Positions 36,811-51,406 of a DNA stretch of 64,000 nucleotides are shown piece by piece. The DNA is from Enoplolaimus lenunculus. Lineage: Eukaryota. The notes below the pieces were generated by a model. It was not told where the DNA came from and did not search any database. It saw nothing but the letters and a program-made list of their open reading frames with translations. The stretch spans positions 248,001 to 312,000 of the forward strand of contig JASANG010001546.1 in NCBI GenBank assembly GCA_030248215.1. The letters are read 5' to 3'. Within the stretch, counting starts at the first letter, position 1. Every line of letters starts with the position of its first letter. Both the position numbers and the translations under genes were made by a program.

Positions 36811-38893
36811 GTGATATTCTCAGCAGTTATCCAATCCGATTAGTTTACTCACAGGATGACGTCTATTTGCTCGAAACTACATTTACATTTTATGCTTGGA
36901 TAAAAGTCTAACAATATAGGAAATGCAAGTCTAAATCACAAATATCTCTAGCGTTGTTCGTAGTTTCTGGTCTAAACTACCGGTCTTTAAGACCCATTAG
37001 CGAGCGGTTTGGTCAATAGTTGGTGATAAGCTTGCATATTAGCATTGGGAATCATACGAATTTTGCTAGAATTAAAGTTTATGATGGTCTAAGCTTTCAC
37101 AGAGACGTGTAGCTAAGATTTAAATATATTTCGATAGGGGGATATACTGCAAAAAATGGTGTGTCAAATTGACTCTCTCGGAAATAGGCTTTTCTCTGAC
37201 TACACAAACTGAATCAAAATTCGACTCCGCCAGAGTGAAATTGAGTCGAATTTGACTCACCAGAGCCTATTTCAGAGAGAGTCAATTTGACTCACCATTT
37301 TTTGCACTGTGGGAGGTTGGAAACATGTAAGAAAAGTTTCCTTTTGTATTATATAAATTTTTCAAAATGAATATTTTCTAGGTCAGTCTGTGAAATTTTT
37401 GTGCCCCTCCTAGAAAACATTTTGCTGAAATTGTGTTTGGCTTCTCGATCGCAATTTGTATATCGCTCAACGCCTTGTCAGAAATTTTGGGATCTGCCCC
37501 TATTAGCGTAGTGCTATACATGTCAGTGCGGCACCGTCCGTCGCCGTCCGGTGCCGTGCGTCCCGTCTGTCACTACGCGGTATCATAGGTTAGTAATTTG
37601 CGTACGATACCACACGGTGACGCAACGCACGGCGACGGAAGGCGACGCACAGGTGATGCAGGGTGACGGACGGCGCTGGACGAATGACGGACGGCGCTGC
37701 ACGGATGACGGACGGCGCCGGACGTTATCAAAAATCATAACACCTCCATTATTCTTGGGATAACGATCGATCCGTTTGAGTACTGGAAACAAAGTATACA
37801 GTTGACACGTGAAATTTTAAATCAAATTTGCCAGTTTTGTTAAAACCCGATATTTCAGTCCACTTTCCGCCTGGATCTCAACAAAATGACGTTGGTCAAA
37901 AAAATTCGCTGTTCAGAATCCGGCTTTAGCCGCACAAATGAACTATTTCACAATATTTTTTTGCGAAATCATTAAATCACTTTGCTAAAATTCTAAAATT
38001 AACATTTAGACTGATAAATATAGTTGTTTTTCAAAATTATGAATAAATTATTTATGGAATGACCATTTTACATAGGTGACCGCATTTGTGGTTTGTGTAA
38101 TTTTCATAAATCACGTTTTTATAAGTTGTTCCAGCGTACAATGGCTACTGAGAACCAGCACACTATATAGATTGATAGATATACATATATTGAAAAAATA
38201 CCGGAATTATTACCGGAACCGGATAGTGAAAAATAGCGGATTTACCTACCGGAACCGGAATTCCGGAATTTACTAAAAATGCGCTTTCAAACTGTAAAGT
38301 TTCAGAACACAAAATCTATCCTGTCCCACGACAAAATCCCGCATCCGCCACTGCGATCAGTGCGTAAAATGACACAAATTATGTTTTGGTTTAACCTATG
38401 AGGAGTCCCGGCTCCAATCCCAGGACCGTGGGTCAAAAGGTCGTTCGAGATCCATTCCAATTAGGAATGTAAAAAATATTTTTTAATTTTAAAAATTGAT
38501 TTATAACTCAATTTCACAAATTTTCAAAATAAACAATATTCATAAATTATTTTAATTGTTTTTGAAATTACGCGTTATATAAGCCTACGGTTGTATAAAT
38601 GACGTATATACGTAGAGGTACGTACCCTCGGACGTCCCTAAATAGGTTAGAGAGGTTATTTTTCACAGGTTTTAAAATTAGGTTATAACAGGTCAAAGAC
38701 AACAATGTTTTGAAGTTTTCAAATCTTGACTACGCCGCTACAGGTAGCAAACAGATTTATAATTAGCATTAAGTTTACGCATCGCTATTTTATATTTCAT
38801 TCATCTGAAATACATTTTACTTAAAATCTATGAAATCAATAGAAAAAATTAGTCTTATTGAGAAACAAGTATTTGAAAAATTATAAATTCTTC

Positions 38894-39107
38894 AGCCCAT
38901 GTAAAGATCAGGGGCGGAACGTTTTTCACCGGGACTGGAATAGAGTAAGCTTAAGCTTTGGACTAAATTTTTTGCTTGACTTAGGCTTAGGTTTAGGCTT
39001 AGGAATATGCTCATTATTACGCTTAGACTAGGGCTTAGGCGTAGTCTTAGGCTTAGGCTTAGGAATATGCTTATAACACTGTTCCGCTCCTGTTCTTAAC
39101 ATTAGCG
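38894..39107 (+). mobile_element. Family B MITE
   Basis: Both termini and a TTAGGC array. Confidence 0.85.
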
Positions 39108-40466
39108 AAACATTCTAATTTCTTGCTCCTGACAATCCAAAATATACGACCCAACCTCTCAAAAGCTTTTTTATTCTAAATTTTTACCATTTAGCACATT
39201 TCAACTAAGAATAAAAATTTTTCTCATACGGAAATATTATTTAAAACATTTTGCTTGCGTTTTATTTTGAATATCATCTTCGAGTGTATTTTTAAATTTT
39301 TGAACCAAAAGGTAACAGCTACAAAATTTAGGCTTTGCTTGGAATATTTGGACAAATCATATTCCAACAAATATTCAAAATTTCGAAACTCACCATTCGC
39401 TGGTTTAATACTTTGAAACCCTATCACCAACTGACTTGGTGCCACTCATATTTGAGAATACAAGCCGTTAAAAGTAATCATTAAGTGCCGATGCGTTCAG
39501 AATTAGGAAACTCATAGTTTTAGGTTAAATAATTAATTCTTTTGCCAGATGTAATTTTCGGACATCTGCTAACTATGGTGACCAGATGACCTAGTTATCT
39601 AAACAGGCATTGTCTGGTTCACCAATGCTGATGTAACCTGATTTTAACCAGCTGCACTACAATCAAGTGCACATATATAACTTTTGGAGGTGCTATATAT
39701 GTATATACGTATAAAATATATGATATATATTATATATTATATATTATATATACATATATATTAGTTAAAATTAACATTAATGAAAATTTCATTTTAAGCA
39801 TTTTTCACAGTAACTCGCGATGTAATTTACAATTTTGAGTCAAAAACATTTGTCAAATTTTGAATTTTGGAAATTAAGACTGTGTCAAAATCCGAATTTC
39901 AGATCGGATACTTAATTTCAATTCAAAAATACCCTACTGTGTAGCATGCAAAAGGTTTCCAAACTTCTCTTACCCTAAAACTTAAGCCTAAACTGTAACT
40001 TTCAGTGAGTTAATTTTAACTCAGAATGAGTTGATCCCACTCAGATATCTGAGCTCTGAGTTAGGTCTTTCAGAACTCAAAATTCTGAATTGATTGAACT
40101 CATTCTGAGTTAATTCATTAATTAACTAACCTAAAATTAAATCAGCTCAGAGTGAGTTAATGTTTACTGTTATTAACTCAGAAATAACAAGAAATAACCT
40201 CGTTTCCCTCTGGTTTGATTAATCAACTGATCAGAATTTACAGTGTTAGCCGTAGCGTAAAGCTTAAACTTCATGTTATACCAAAATTTGAAAATCTTGA
40301 AAAATGTAGGGCGGATAGCCCAAAAACCGCATGCCATATGACGGTCATACACAAATTCAAGCAAGCTTGACATTTAGCAAATGAAAATTATCATTTGTGT
40401 ATCACTGTAGGGTTTTTAAACAAAATGGTCCACACGACCGACGTTCACAGGTTTACCCAAAGTCAA

Positions 40467-40538
40467 GGACCACACCGGGACTCGAACCTCGGGTCTCTAA
40501 ATTTCGAGTCAAACATGCTATCACTATACCATGGCGTC
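40467..40538 (-). pseudogene. tRNA-derived repeat (sister copy at 26288-26360; unrelated tRNA-like relic at 52304-52376)
   Basis: Minus strand TGGTATAGTGA A box and GGTTCGAGTCC B box; stems degenerate. Confidence 0.55.
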
Positions 40539-40575
40539 GATTGCAACAATTTTATATTCCGCTATTTGTGCCCAT

Positions 40576-40922
40576 CAGGGTACAACCGGAGGTCTGCCTC
40601 CGGCTCCGGCAGAAAATCGGCCTCCGGCTCTGGTAGAATCGTTGCCGGAGGTTCCGGCAATTTCGGTTGTAAAATTTTGCATAATTTTGCTAAATTTATC
40701 TGTTTAGCGCGTTTCCATTGACTTTTGTCACCATTTTCAGGAAAGAGTTGCCGATATTTGGCGGAAAATTTGCTTGAAATCAATCAACTTTAACAACGTT
40801 TTGCAGATATTGGTTAAAATTAACTAAGCATCATTTATACTACTTAATTTCGCCTCACCTAATGCTCCGTGAAGTTTCGTTGACCTCCGGTTCCGGTATT
40901 TTTCACCTCCGGTTGCACCTTG
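40576..40922 (+). mobile_element. hAT-like MITE F2 (another copy at 63792 runs off the window end; partial copy at about 12290-12477)
   Basis: TIRs present; 8-bp TSD GTGCCCAT/GTGCACAT. Confidence 0.88.
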
Positions 40923-42742
40923 GTGCACATATATGGCAATCTATGATTTACATTCATTTACCGTCCACATATGCCGACAAGGGCCACAATTTTAAGATTT
41001 TGGAGACATTCCCTATTAATTCTATATCCAAGCGGTGCCCGTGACCTTTAGAGATCAACTATCTGATGAGTATCAAATATCGCAGACAGACTCCTGACTA
41101 AATAAGTTGACCTTCGCAATAAATATATAGAATCAGCATACGTCTTCGACTACTGTCATGCAGCCTAACCTTGAATATGCTTCTCAGAAGAATTAAAGGG
41201 GGCCCCACCCAGCCCGTCCCCCCGGAGAAATCAAAACCAAAATTTTGTATCAAGATTTAGTACTAAAATTGTGTTTGGCTTTTCGTTCGCTTGCATCTCG
41301 GTTAGCATAGTAGAACTCGATACCGTCAGACATTTCTGGATCAGCCACTGCAGCCAATATGAGATAAAGGGTAGCAAAGCGATATAATTAACAATCGAGG
41401 AATACATAAAACCATACTTAAACAATGCAAGCAAGATTTGGTGACGTCCAAGATAAAACCGTGTTTAATTCCATACGAGGTCACATCAAATAAAAGCTAG
41501 CTACCAATCGAACGCGGAATAAGCCATGGTGTGCGTGTGCTGTAGCTTGATTGAGTCAAACGAAATATATTCAGCAAACCGGAACACAAGCATTTGACAC
41601 AGTTTTGTCTGACATGATTGTAGTGGAGTTGAGAAACAAAAACGGTTCATTTTTCAACGCTGGAGAGTTGATTTTGGTTGTTTGGACGATTTGAACTATT
41701 AGGGGGGTGTATTAGAGTTTACGACGCGGAATATGCGAACGATTTATAGTCCCAATTTTGTAGTTTTTGGGCTTTTAAATAACTTTTCAGAATCATCTGT
41801 ATATTTTGTTTTACTGAAGTTATATGAATATTGAGCGATGGAAAGAGTCTAGGATCCGTAAATCAGTAGGAGCATGTATCCCTAATAAAATTCCAAAAAC
41901 GAGCAGACTCCAAAATATCGTAATTAGAGTCCAAAAATGTCAATTATCCTAATTGAATTATATAAATCGGTTCTGAATCAAATCAAAGCTCAGTATGAAT
42001 TTTGATTACTCAAAATATATATTACCTATATTCATAGCAGTTCACCCCCCGTCTTATTTTGGTCATAGCCGCCTGATTCCGCTAGCGTTCGTGGATATTT
42101 TGCGTTATTTGGTGACAGGAATTGGCACCCACCTAAAAGATATATAACTGAATGCTGTTCTAGGCTGCGAATATTTAGTAGAATCTAAAATTATACTAAA
42201 TCTTTGTAGATAATATAACTGCAGACAAATAGGGACATTGAGCATCAAAGCTCGTATATCTCAATATTTTTTCATACTTTCAACACTGCATATATGAGAA
42301 CAAAAATTTGCACGTGTGAATAAAGCTTTAAAACATTCAGTGTTCGGTGTAATTAATCTTATTCCATCCAAAAATTTCACAAGGAATTTAAATACCAAAC
42401 CACGTTTACAATAGATCACCCAGTCCTATTTCATATACACTTTCCCTTTGGAAATTTTCAAACTTTGGCATAAAACTTATGGTCCATGTAACTTTAAGGA
42501 GCGTCCAGGTTTCTGGTGGGCATATCAAAGAGTGGGTTTAGATTCTAGATTACTTTTTTCTTAGACTTAGGCTTAGGCTTAGGAACTCATTTTGGCAACG
42601 CTTAGGCTTAGTCGTAGGCTTAGGAACACGCTTAATCTACTGTTACGCCCATTAAGTAACATTGGACCATATTATTGTTAGGCGTAGGCTGACGTTTCAA
42701 CTTAGGCTTTAGGCTTAAGCTTAAGCTTAAAATTTGGCCTAA

Positions 42743-43421
42743 TGCGGGGTTCATGTTTATAACTTGGGCAGCCTGGAACACGTTTTGTTCCTATGACTAT
42801 AGCTGGTAACATTTTGTCGGACCGTTTATCCGCTATCAGATTCAAAAAATTTGAATTCTCTGCTAACCTGATCCGACATCTTCTGTTTGTACTGCAGTAT
42901 CATATGATATTCCAAATATGGTCTGTGAGTATCATATGATATGTTTCAAAATGTCTGCAAAGTTGTGGTAAACTAGCTTGATTTTCCTGTAGAATGTCAT
43001 ATGATACTAAAATTTGAAATTTGAATTATTTGTACTTAGGAATATATTTTGGGGAAAATTCAGCGAGAACCAGAAACGTAGAATCTAAGTCAACTTTCGA
43101 AACCATTTAATGCTGCATTATCTGACTTTTTACTGTTTTATTAGCGCGCACAAATTCCATTGTCCTGCATAATATCATATAATTTTTAGTAGAATTTTGG
43201 AATATCAGATGATATTCACATAAATGTCCCGCAGTACCATATGGCAAACAGCTATTTGTATACGATGATCGCGTGAGAGCAGTGATTTCTAAGTCAATGT
43301 AATGTGACATTCACATTTGGTCTACATAACCGCTATTCAGATCACAAAATTTTATGTTGACGTCGAATCAACTTGGACAAAACGTGCTCCAAGCTGCCTC
43401 AATTATAGCGTGAACCCCGCA
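42743..43421 (-). mobile_element. Family E, inverted copy
   Basis: Reverse complement of 32207-32886; TSD TAA/TAA. Confidence 0.9.
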
Positions 43422-43678
43422 TAAGCTTGTGAAGTGGAAATGTCCAGTTATCCAGATGTTTCTTATTTTCAATACGTCATTGAATCCGGATATCTCTATA
43501 TGGATACGGCGTATATTAATGAAGTTCTGTTAGAAGATTACAATTATTTTGTCTTTATACACAACCCATTACAATCACGCAGCTGTGGTCCAAAAATCTA
43601 ATAGAAGCGTAATTAATGCATGGATTATCACTGGATTAATAAATACGTTTAGCTATGGAACATATATAGTTTTAAAAT

Positions 43679-43854
43679 TGGGCCCGTAGCCAAAAGGGGA
43701 CCAGGAGAGAGGGGCTGAGCCCCCCCACTGGAAAAATTTTGTCCCTCCTAGAAAATTTTCAACCTTCTTTGTAACTCATTGAAAACCCTTGAATGCTCCT
43801 CCTAAAAACATTTTGGGCCTCCCCTTCGGGCAAGGTGAGCTGGCTACGGGCGTG
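43679..43854. mobile_element. hAT-like MITE
   Basis: GCCCGTAGCCA / TGGCTACGGGC TIR; perfect TSD TTTAAAAT. Confidence 0.8.
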
Positions 43855-46800
43855 TTTAAAATGTCATTAGGGGCGTAGGAGATATATCTGTCTCGAAGAA
43901 GTATAATTTAAATTTGAATCCGCATTTCGAAAGTTTTTGCTTTGAAAATTTACGGAGTGGCCGTTCAGGGGCGGATGTACCATGAGAGGGAAGTCGCTAT
44001 CACATGAATACCCCAAAATTAAGCTATAATGGCACAATGATTGACACCGCATAATATGCAATGGTTCGCATCGATTCTAACCCCCTCTCTAAATAAAGGG
44101 GGTTGGGCAAAAACGCAACGCGTGCCGGGTACATTGTTTTCTACACGGAATGTACCCAGTTGTACACTCGTGTAAATAGCGATTATCCACTATTGGTTGT
44201 ACGAATGATTAGACAATTTCACGAGCGAACCGAACGAGAAGCTGAACGCAATTTTAGTGCTGCTTGTGATCGCTAATTTTGGATTTGATTCCTGATCAAA
44301 ATATCAAGTGCCCGATGCTAAATTCGCCGGTGACTGTAAGACAATTTGTATTAAAATTAAAAACAAATCAAAGCTTCCGCTGTCTGTATAAAAGGGTTGC
44401 ATATATATTTCAATGTGTACAAGTGTAAAATTTTAGCCTGTCGGTACAATTTGTTTGAATTACTGCAATAAACGCGTGTTTAATGAGGCCAAAATATTTT
44501 GTCCGCCGCATTTACTCGGGAAATTGAGAAATGAAAAATAATTTTGGTCACAAGGAAATTGATGAAAAAAACACAATTTTGATCACAAAATTTGGTAATT
44601 TTATCAAATTTTCAAAAGGAAATTGTCTCATTTTTGAGTATTATGTCAATTTTTGGTTGTATTTGAACGCGTTTTAATTGTTTTTATGTTATGGTTGTAA
44701 AAATAGTATTTTTCGTTAATATATACATATATTTACATATATTATATACATATATTCAAATCTAATTATATATGATTTGAGCAGTTTAATAATGCAATAT
44801 TTGAGCAATTTTGTATCGTAAATTCTTAATTCGACCTGCGGTTGAACATATTATTGCATTTTAGTGCAATTTTAAAATCTGAAAATTTTTTCTAATTCCT
44901 GTTTGCTAAACTATTTCATGAGCCAAAACAGCATAAATGACTGTAGTTACAGCTCCTGAGACTAAAATATTTGAAAGTCGAAACAAATTTCTCACAGACG
45001 CAAATTAAATTTGGCATTTAGCCAAATTCTACTTAAAAACACTCGGTTGAGCCCTCGTTTTATTCTACAGCCATGTGTCTAAACACACTTTTTTTACTCA
45101 ATCGTAAAGGCATTTAGTTCGGTTCGTTTATAAAGCCAAAACGTAAGCCAGTTAAGTATTTATTCAATCTATTTGCAATTGACCTAAAATTTCAACTCAA
45201 ACAACGCCACGAATGCTAAATAAATTTGCTTAGACAAGTAGGCTGCTGTATGATATTTGCCTAATGTAAAACGCGTTCTGCGCTCTCATTCTTAATGGTT
45301 ACATTTTATCAGCTGTATTTGCAGGACAGTGTTATGCAGTTTTGCGCTTATCGAAATATTGGAGGTTTTCAGCGCAAATATATACATATATAGACATATT
45401 TATTATATACATATATAGACATATATTATATATACATACATATATATCAGGGTTCAACCGCAATTTCTGTTCCTGCCGGAATTCCTGCAAAAAATCAATT
45501 TCGGTTCCTGTTCCTGTTCCTGCATTCAGAGATGCAGGAACGGAAATTTCAACGGTTTTGTGGCAAATTATTCAAATTTGAATATTGGAAACTTTGTCTT
45601 TCAAAAAATTGTAGTTCGAAACGAATGTTTTTGCAAGTAGTTCAATTTTGATAATAAACTGGTTCTGATGTGTTTTCGTAAAAACTTGGTGATGAAATAG
45701 CTGAATATTTGCATTTTTTGGCAAGTTTTCTAAAAAGTCCAATAATATTTCTCAGTCATGAAAATTATTCCATATTCTGGTTCCTGTTCCTGGTCCGGTT
45801 TCTGCAAAAAATCAATTCCTGTTCCGGTAAAATTTGGTTCCTGTTGGAAATATTTATTTATTTATTTATTTATTTATGTATATACATAATTTGCGGAAAT
45901 TGCAATTTGAACACTGTTTAACGACGAATAAAGGATTTTCTGGTTGAAAAATCCAAGAACTGAAGGGTTTAGTCCATGTTGAAAATTGTGTTCTCAAGCG
46001 AAAGGCCGCATCAGACCGTAGAAAAACGTTTATGCGATTAAATTTGAGCCCTTAGGCCAATTTTGAATCTGTTAATTATCGAGATGTTTCAAAAAAGACA
46101 TTGTTTAAAATCTATTTCGATCATTGCTTGCTTTACTTTATTAATGCCATTATGTAAATTTATCCAGGAGGGCAAAGATTCCGGTACGTTCAGCATCCTT
46201 GCCAAAAATCCCTTCGGATTAGATTAAAAATAGCGTTATTTTGTCATTGAAACGAGACGTCATGTGTTTGTGCTTAAATTTTTTTCAAAATCCCTAAGTT
46301 TTGGGGACCATGTGGAGCTCAAAGTCCATAATAGTTGAAACGCAAATAAATACTCGCACGCGAAAAAGCTAAACGCAATCCTTGTATTCAATTGCGAAAA
46401 AAAATTTAATTTCGTTGGGATCTGGCGCGGGGGGATCGATCTCGGGATCCCCTCCAGATCCGTCGTTGGGCTTGCCTTTTAATGCCGGGTATTTTCAGCC
46501 CAATCCCGCTCCCACCGGGGGTCCAGGAATGGCGCTAAGGATGGCTCTGAGGGTATTCTTTCATTGACGATTTATTTACAGTTGTATAGCTACCAGATGA
46601 AACGCTACTTTTAAATTGGGGTTTCGCAGTTTGCATACCACAGTTGCAATAATTTATGAAACATTTTTGCATGTTTTGACGCTTTGATCGCGTGTCGCTG
46701 AATTTTTTCGCACCTGAACTTTAAAGTTTTTAAATTTTCAATTGTTTCCTCTCAAATATTCGAATTCGAAGCCGCATACTTAATTTTTTAATCTGTTTTT

Positions 46801-48030
46801 TAACATTTTTAATTGAGCTGGTATATATCAAAATTCTCAACGGACTACAGTAGTTGCGGACCTACGAAAGTTTGATGAGAACATTTTAAAAATTATTAAT
46901 CCTCAGCGTTCGTAGCATCCATATAATAATTGCTGGGAAACGTTTTAAAATAGAGTTGTTTTTTCGGAAAAAATTGTGAGCCGAAAAAATGAATTTTTTT
47001 CCATTTTTTCAAAAAAAGCAGAAAAAATGGAAAAAACATTTTGTCTGGTAATTGTTTTCTGACCAACAACCCAGGTTACAAATATGATATACCACAAGTT
47101 ACAATTTTAAAAACAATGGCACTACTGTTGTACCTATAGGGTCCAGATAATTTTTGATGACGTTAAAAACCAACCGACATCAGTCTCTGTTTTATGTCCG
47201 GTTCCGTTCGTCACCGCATAGAGTCAATGATCCGAAAGGGGCGATGGCAGCTCAGCCTCCCTGGATAAGTTTTAACTTCACCTTTGAACGTGAATTATTT
47301 TAACTGCAGGCACCTCTTAAAATTGGATCAGGGACGGCCATGAGAAGCTCAAATAGGCAAAATTTTTCAAAATCCGACCACTTTTGGGCAAACGCGGGTT
47401 GAGGGGGTAACCGAAAAAACCCAAATTGCTTTTCCCTACCTCCAGTCGTCGGAAATGGATACGGGCACTCCACGGCACACCATTAACAATTATTTTGTGG
47501 CGCAACGCTAAGATTCAGTGGGATTATCTGAACCCGAACTATAAGTTGTGATCCTTAAATATTTGTAATAATCGTAGCGACAGATTTAGTTCTAACACTA
47601 TTTTAATTGCGGTTCCGTATCCGGTTAGCCACGGTACGTTTGCTGGCTCGCAGTCCGATCAACATAAGAAGACGAAAAAAATTTGAACAGGAATCATGTA
47701 TAGATTACGTATAATTTGCAAAATCTCGGATAAATATTCAGGATGGGGGTGCATTTTTTTACAAGGACAACCCATTTCCGGTGTTTCATAGCAGCCGGTG
47801 CATAAATTCGGTTCGACCGATCAATCTTTAAACTGGCTGCAACTCATTTTTTGCCAAACCGCTAAACAAAATTTGCTAAACTTTCATTTTCCAATCGTTA
47901 GACTCATCTGAGTTTCTGCGTTTAGTCGAAGTACAACTCGAATCCTGGCACGTGCGTTTTTCCGCGATCTATTGTCTCGCTGCCATTAGAAACTATATTA
48001 TGATTGAGGTATTATTAAAGTTTTAGACGA

Positions 48031-48390
48031 AATTGATTTTAGGAATTTATCAACAATATTTTCGAGTTTAAAAAAACTATTTTTTATTAAGAAACTTTTA
48101 TTTCTCAAATTCAATATTTTGAACAATTAATGACTGATGGAAAATCTTAGCATTGTAAACAGGCAAAAATTATGATATCAACAAAAAAGAACAATTTTAA
48201 CAATTAATTGATTTTAGGAATTTATCAGCAATATTTTCGATTTAAAAAACTATTTTTTATTAAGAAACTTTTATTTGTATATATTTTTGACTTTTATGAA
48301 TTTTAAGAATTTGAGCAATTAATGACTAATGAAAAATCTAAGTATTGTGAACAGGCAAAATTATATTAACAAAAAACGATTTTAAGAATT
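48031..48390 (+). repeat. Tandem duplication of about 175 bp
   Basis: AATTGATTTTAGGAATTTATCA...AACAGGCAAAA occurs at 48031 and 48206. Confidence 0.85.
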
Positions 48391-48457
48391 AGGAGAGGCG
48401 CCAGCTGCAGGAGCTGTAAATCTTGGGGTTTCATCAAACCATTTTTATATAGACACG

Positions 48458-48652
48458 CAGGGCTGGAGCAGCCGCCCCCATTCCCCGATTTGGAGGGCCC
48501 CCACCCCTAAAGGGGCCCCCACCCTAACCGCTTGAAGCAAAAACCGCTTAAGTTTTAAAATGCGTCTGCCTTCCCGCTCGCTTTGCTCGCGAGTTTGGAA
48601 GCCCCCACCCTGGAATTTGGCGGGAGCCCCCACCCCTGTCTCTCCGGTATTG
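48458..48652 (-). mobile_element. hAT-like MITE (sister copy at 13044-13215)
   Basis: Perfect 8-bp TSD TAGACACG; CAG termini. Confidence 0.88.
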
Positions 48653-49840
48653 TAGACACGTAATTAAAAAAATTCCAAATTATCAATTTAATTTAAAAAT
48701 TTGCTTCAGTAGAATGTACTTGTACATTGAAACCTGTATTCTGGTGATACCCAAAGCTGAAAATTCTATCTCCAAATCCTGGTAACGGCTGTCTAGACTT
48801 CCCCACACAGCAACAGAATGCAGGCTTAGGTTTAGTAGAATGCTTTCGTAAGCCTAAGCCTAAAATTTTTGCACGAAATCTTTACCTAGCTTGAGCTTAA
48901 ACCGAAGCATTTACCTATAATCTGACGCGGACGGTGTATCAAGAGTAAAATATTAATTTTATTCTGGAACAAGGAAAGCCTCGAAATATCGTAGGGCCAA
49001 ATTATAGAAAATGGCCGGAACAGTAGTACAAGCATATTCCTAAGCCTTAGCCTAAGCCTAAGCAGAAAATTAGTCTAAAGCTTAAGTTTATATGATATTA
49101 CAGCCCGGCAAACCGCCCATAACCCTATAGTACAGAAAATAATTTAACATGTACCGTTAATAAGACCGACCACCACAAACCCACATCTTCACAAACAACA
49201 CCAACAGACCGAAATTGAATTGATAATAAAGAAATTGTGTGTCTGTGACAGCAACTCTGATGATATTAAGTGTACCGTTGGGACCTGTTTTAGTTGGTAC
49301 TCGGGTACCCAGCGCGCAAGGGGCGTTGGGATATATTCTTGTTGAAATTTCTAAAGATACGAGTAAAGGCACTTATACACACCTTTAGCATAATATAGAC
49401 TGATTTTAGAATTTCTAAAAAATTACCTAACTCACTCGGATCGTCAGTGTAAAATTTAAAGTTTTCCATTTCCTTAAAATCCAATTTTGACTGCACATTT
49501 CGGACTGGACCGGAAATTAAATTTTTGCCTCGAAACTCACAAGCAGTTTTAAGACAATTCCTTTTGAGTAAAACTGTCACCAAAATATGATCGAAAAGCG
49601 TCGTCAAGTCTGACTGTTGTGTCAGTTTGAGAAATTGACAAAATTGGTTTTGAAATACTGGAAACATTTAAATAATTTTAAATTTTAAAATTGTTTTGAA
49701 CAAAAAATGCCGCTGCAGATTGTTTTTAAAATTTAATTTCAATGATTGGTCAAATGTTTGAAGCGATGACCCCAAATGTTAATGTGAAATGCCACGAAAG
49801 CTGAAGAAATGTGGCCATATAGTTTGCTATATAAATACAA

Positions 49841-50014
49841 CTAGTCAGCCGGCTTTGCGCAATACGCAAATGTTAGCGAATAAACAGCAATATGTATGAA
49901 AATTTTTTTCACAGAACAATCACTTTTCAGTTCTAAGAAAATATTGTAAACAAAGTAATGCTGGAAAGTTGCCCAAAAATACGTAAGTGGGGCATTCCAG
50001 CTTTAAGATATAGA
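49841..50014 (-). mobile_element. Helitron-like family N copy
   Basis: TCTATATCTTAAAGCTGG 5' end, TTTGCGC..GCAAA hairpin, CTAG|T 3' end. Confidence 0.72.
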
Positions 50015-51222
50015 TATATCATTATTTTCACAAGCGTTTGCAAGCGAAAGAGACAAATTTCATTTTAGTGTTAAAAACCAAAAATTTACTGTTAAAATTG
50101 AAGATTTTAAAATTTTGAGAGACGCCGTAGGGGTGAATTGCTTATCCTATTCGAGGGTACACGGCGCTATGCACAGCATTGGTTAATATTATTTATCAAA
50201 CAATTTCAATATCTTGGTTATTTACGTATTTTGCCAGTTTATGATTGTTTCCTGGCCAACAACTGAACATATTCTGTGTTGAAAAGAATGTACCAGCGCT
50301 GGTTGTGTTTTTTCATTTACTCGACTTCATAGAAACTATCAAAATCGAAGTTAAAATTCACAGAAAAAATGGTTGAAGGCGTAGGCTTGGAATAGGATTA
50401 TTAAAGCCTAAACCTAAACCTTTGCCTAAGTTCATCCTAAGCCAAACCCAAGTTTAAGCTTACGTTTAACCCTTAATCTTTACTGTGGTTGAAAGTGAAC
50501 AAGAGCAAAGTTTTTGATTCATTTCAACTCGAAGTTTTGCGTTAACAATTCAATGTTTACTGCAAATTGCTGTGTGTCAGAATGATACCACATCTCATTG
50601 AATTTTCGAGGTGAAAACTGGTAAATACGGACACTTGAAACAATTAGCAATAAAAAAGTAATTCCCGTTTGCAACAAAATCACCACTTTAGCTACCGACT
50701 TTTCGCGGAATGTAAAGCCAACAACAGTTTAAAGAAAACCCCAAATATATGGAGCCACAACAAACAATTATTTAAAAAAAGCGGCTGTACGCAAATCGCC
50801 GCTTTACACCGCTGGCAAATCCAACGGGGCACCTGCCAAAGTTTGACCCTTGAGCAGGAATCGAAACCAAAATTTTGTATTAAGATTTAGTGCTAAAATT
50901 GCGTTTGTCTTCTCGCTCGCTTTGGTTGCAATGTTTTTAGCATTCCATTCAGCGCGGCCCCAAGCTGAAATTTCAGCTTCCGCCACTGCGTCAGCGACAA
51001 GTCTTTTTAGATGCCGGTTTTTTGGACCGGACGGTATCCAGCTAAGTGTTTTTAGTTTAGGAACAAACGAAGCTTATACGGTTTAGTTGAAGGGTTTTTT
51101 TGCAGAAATTTTGCCAAGTATCATCCATCTTTGGGTTTTTGGGAACGGATAAAAGCTTTTCTGACCAGTTGTGACTGTTGAGTCGTGTTCGAAACGCAGA
51201 GCGGAGGGGGGTTCGAATTTGA

Positions 51223-51250
51223 ATGACGTGTCGACTTATGCTCCCTAAGG
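51223..51250 (+). CDS. Candidate first coding exon of Jupiter-like gene (MTCRLMLPK)
   Basis: ATG in a unique GC-richer patch, AGG|GTATGA donor, phase 1 compatible with 53055. Confidence 0.3.
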
Positions 51251-51406
51251 GTATGATGTCATGGGTTTAGACGAAGTATTGCTGTTTATACATAAATGTG
51301 TTTTTATTATTTACGTTTTTCTCAATTCAATTTTTTATTTAAGCTGAATAAAGTCGGCAAAATAAAATGTTATTTGATTAACTTCCGCGTTCGCTTTGCA
51401 GTTTAA

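Noticed and set aside
41614..41644. Alternative first exon MIVVELRNKN for the Jupiter-like gene
   Set aside because: Phase-compatible, but the donor (GTTCAT) is weak, it lies 11 kb away, and nothing else supports it.
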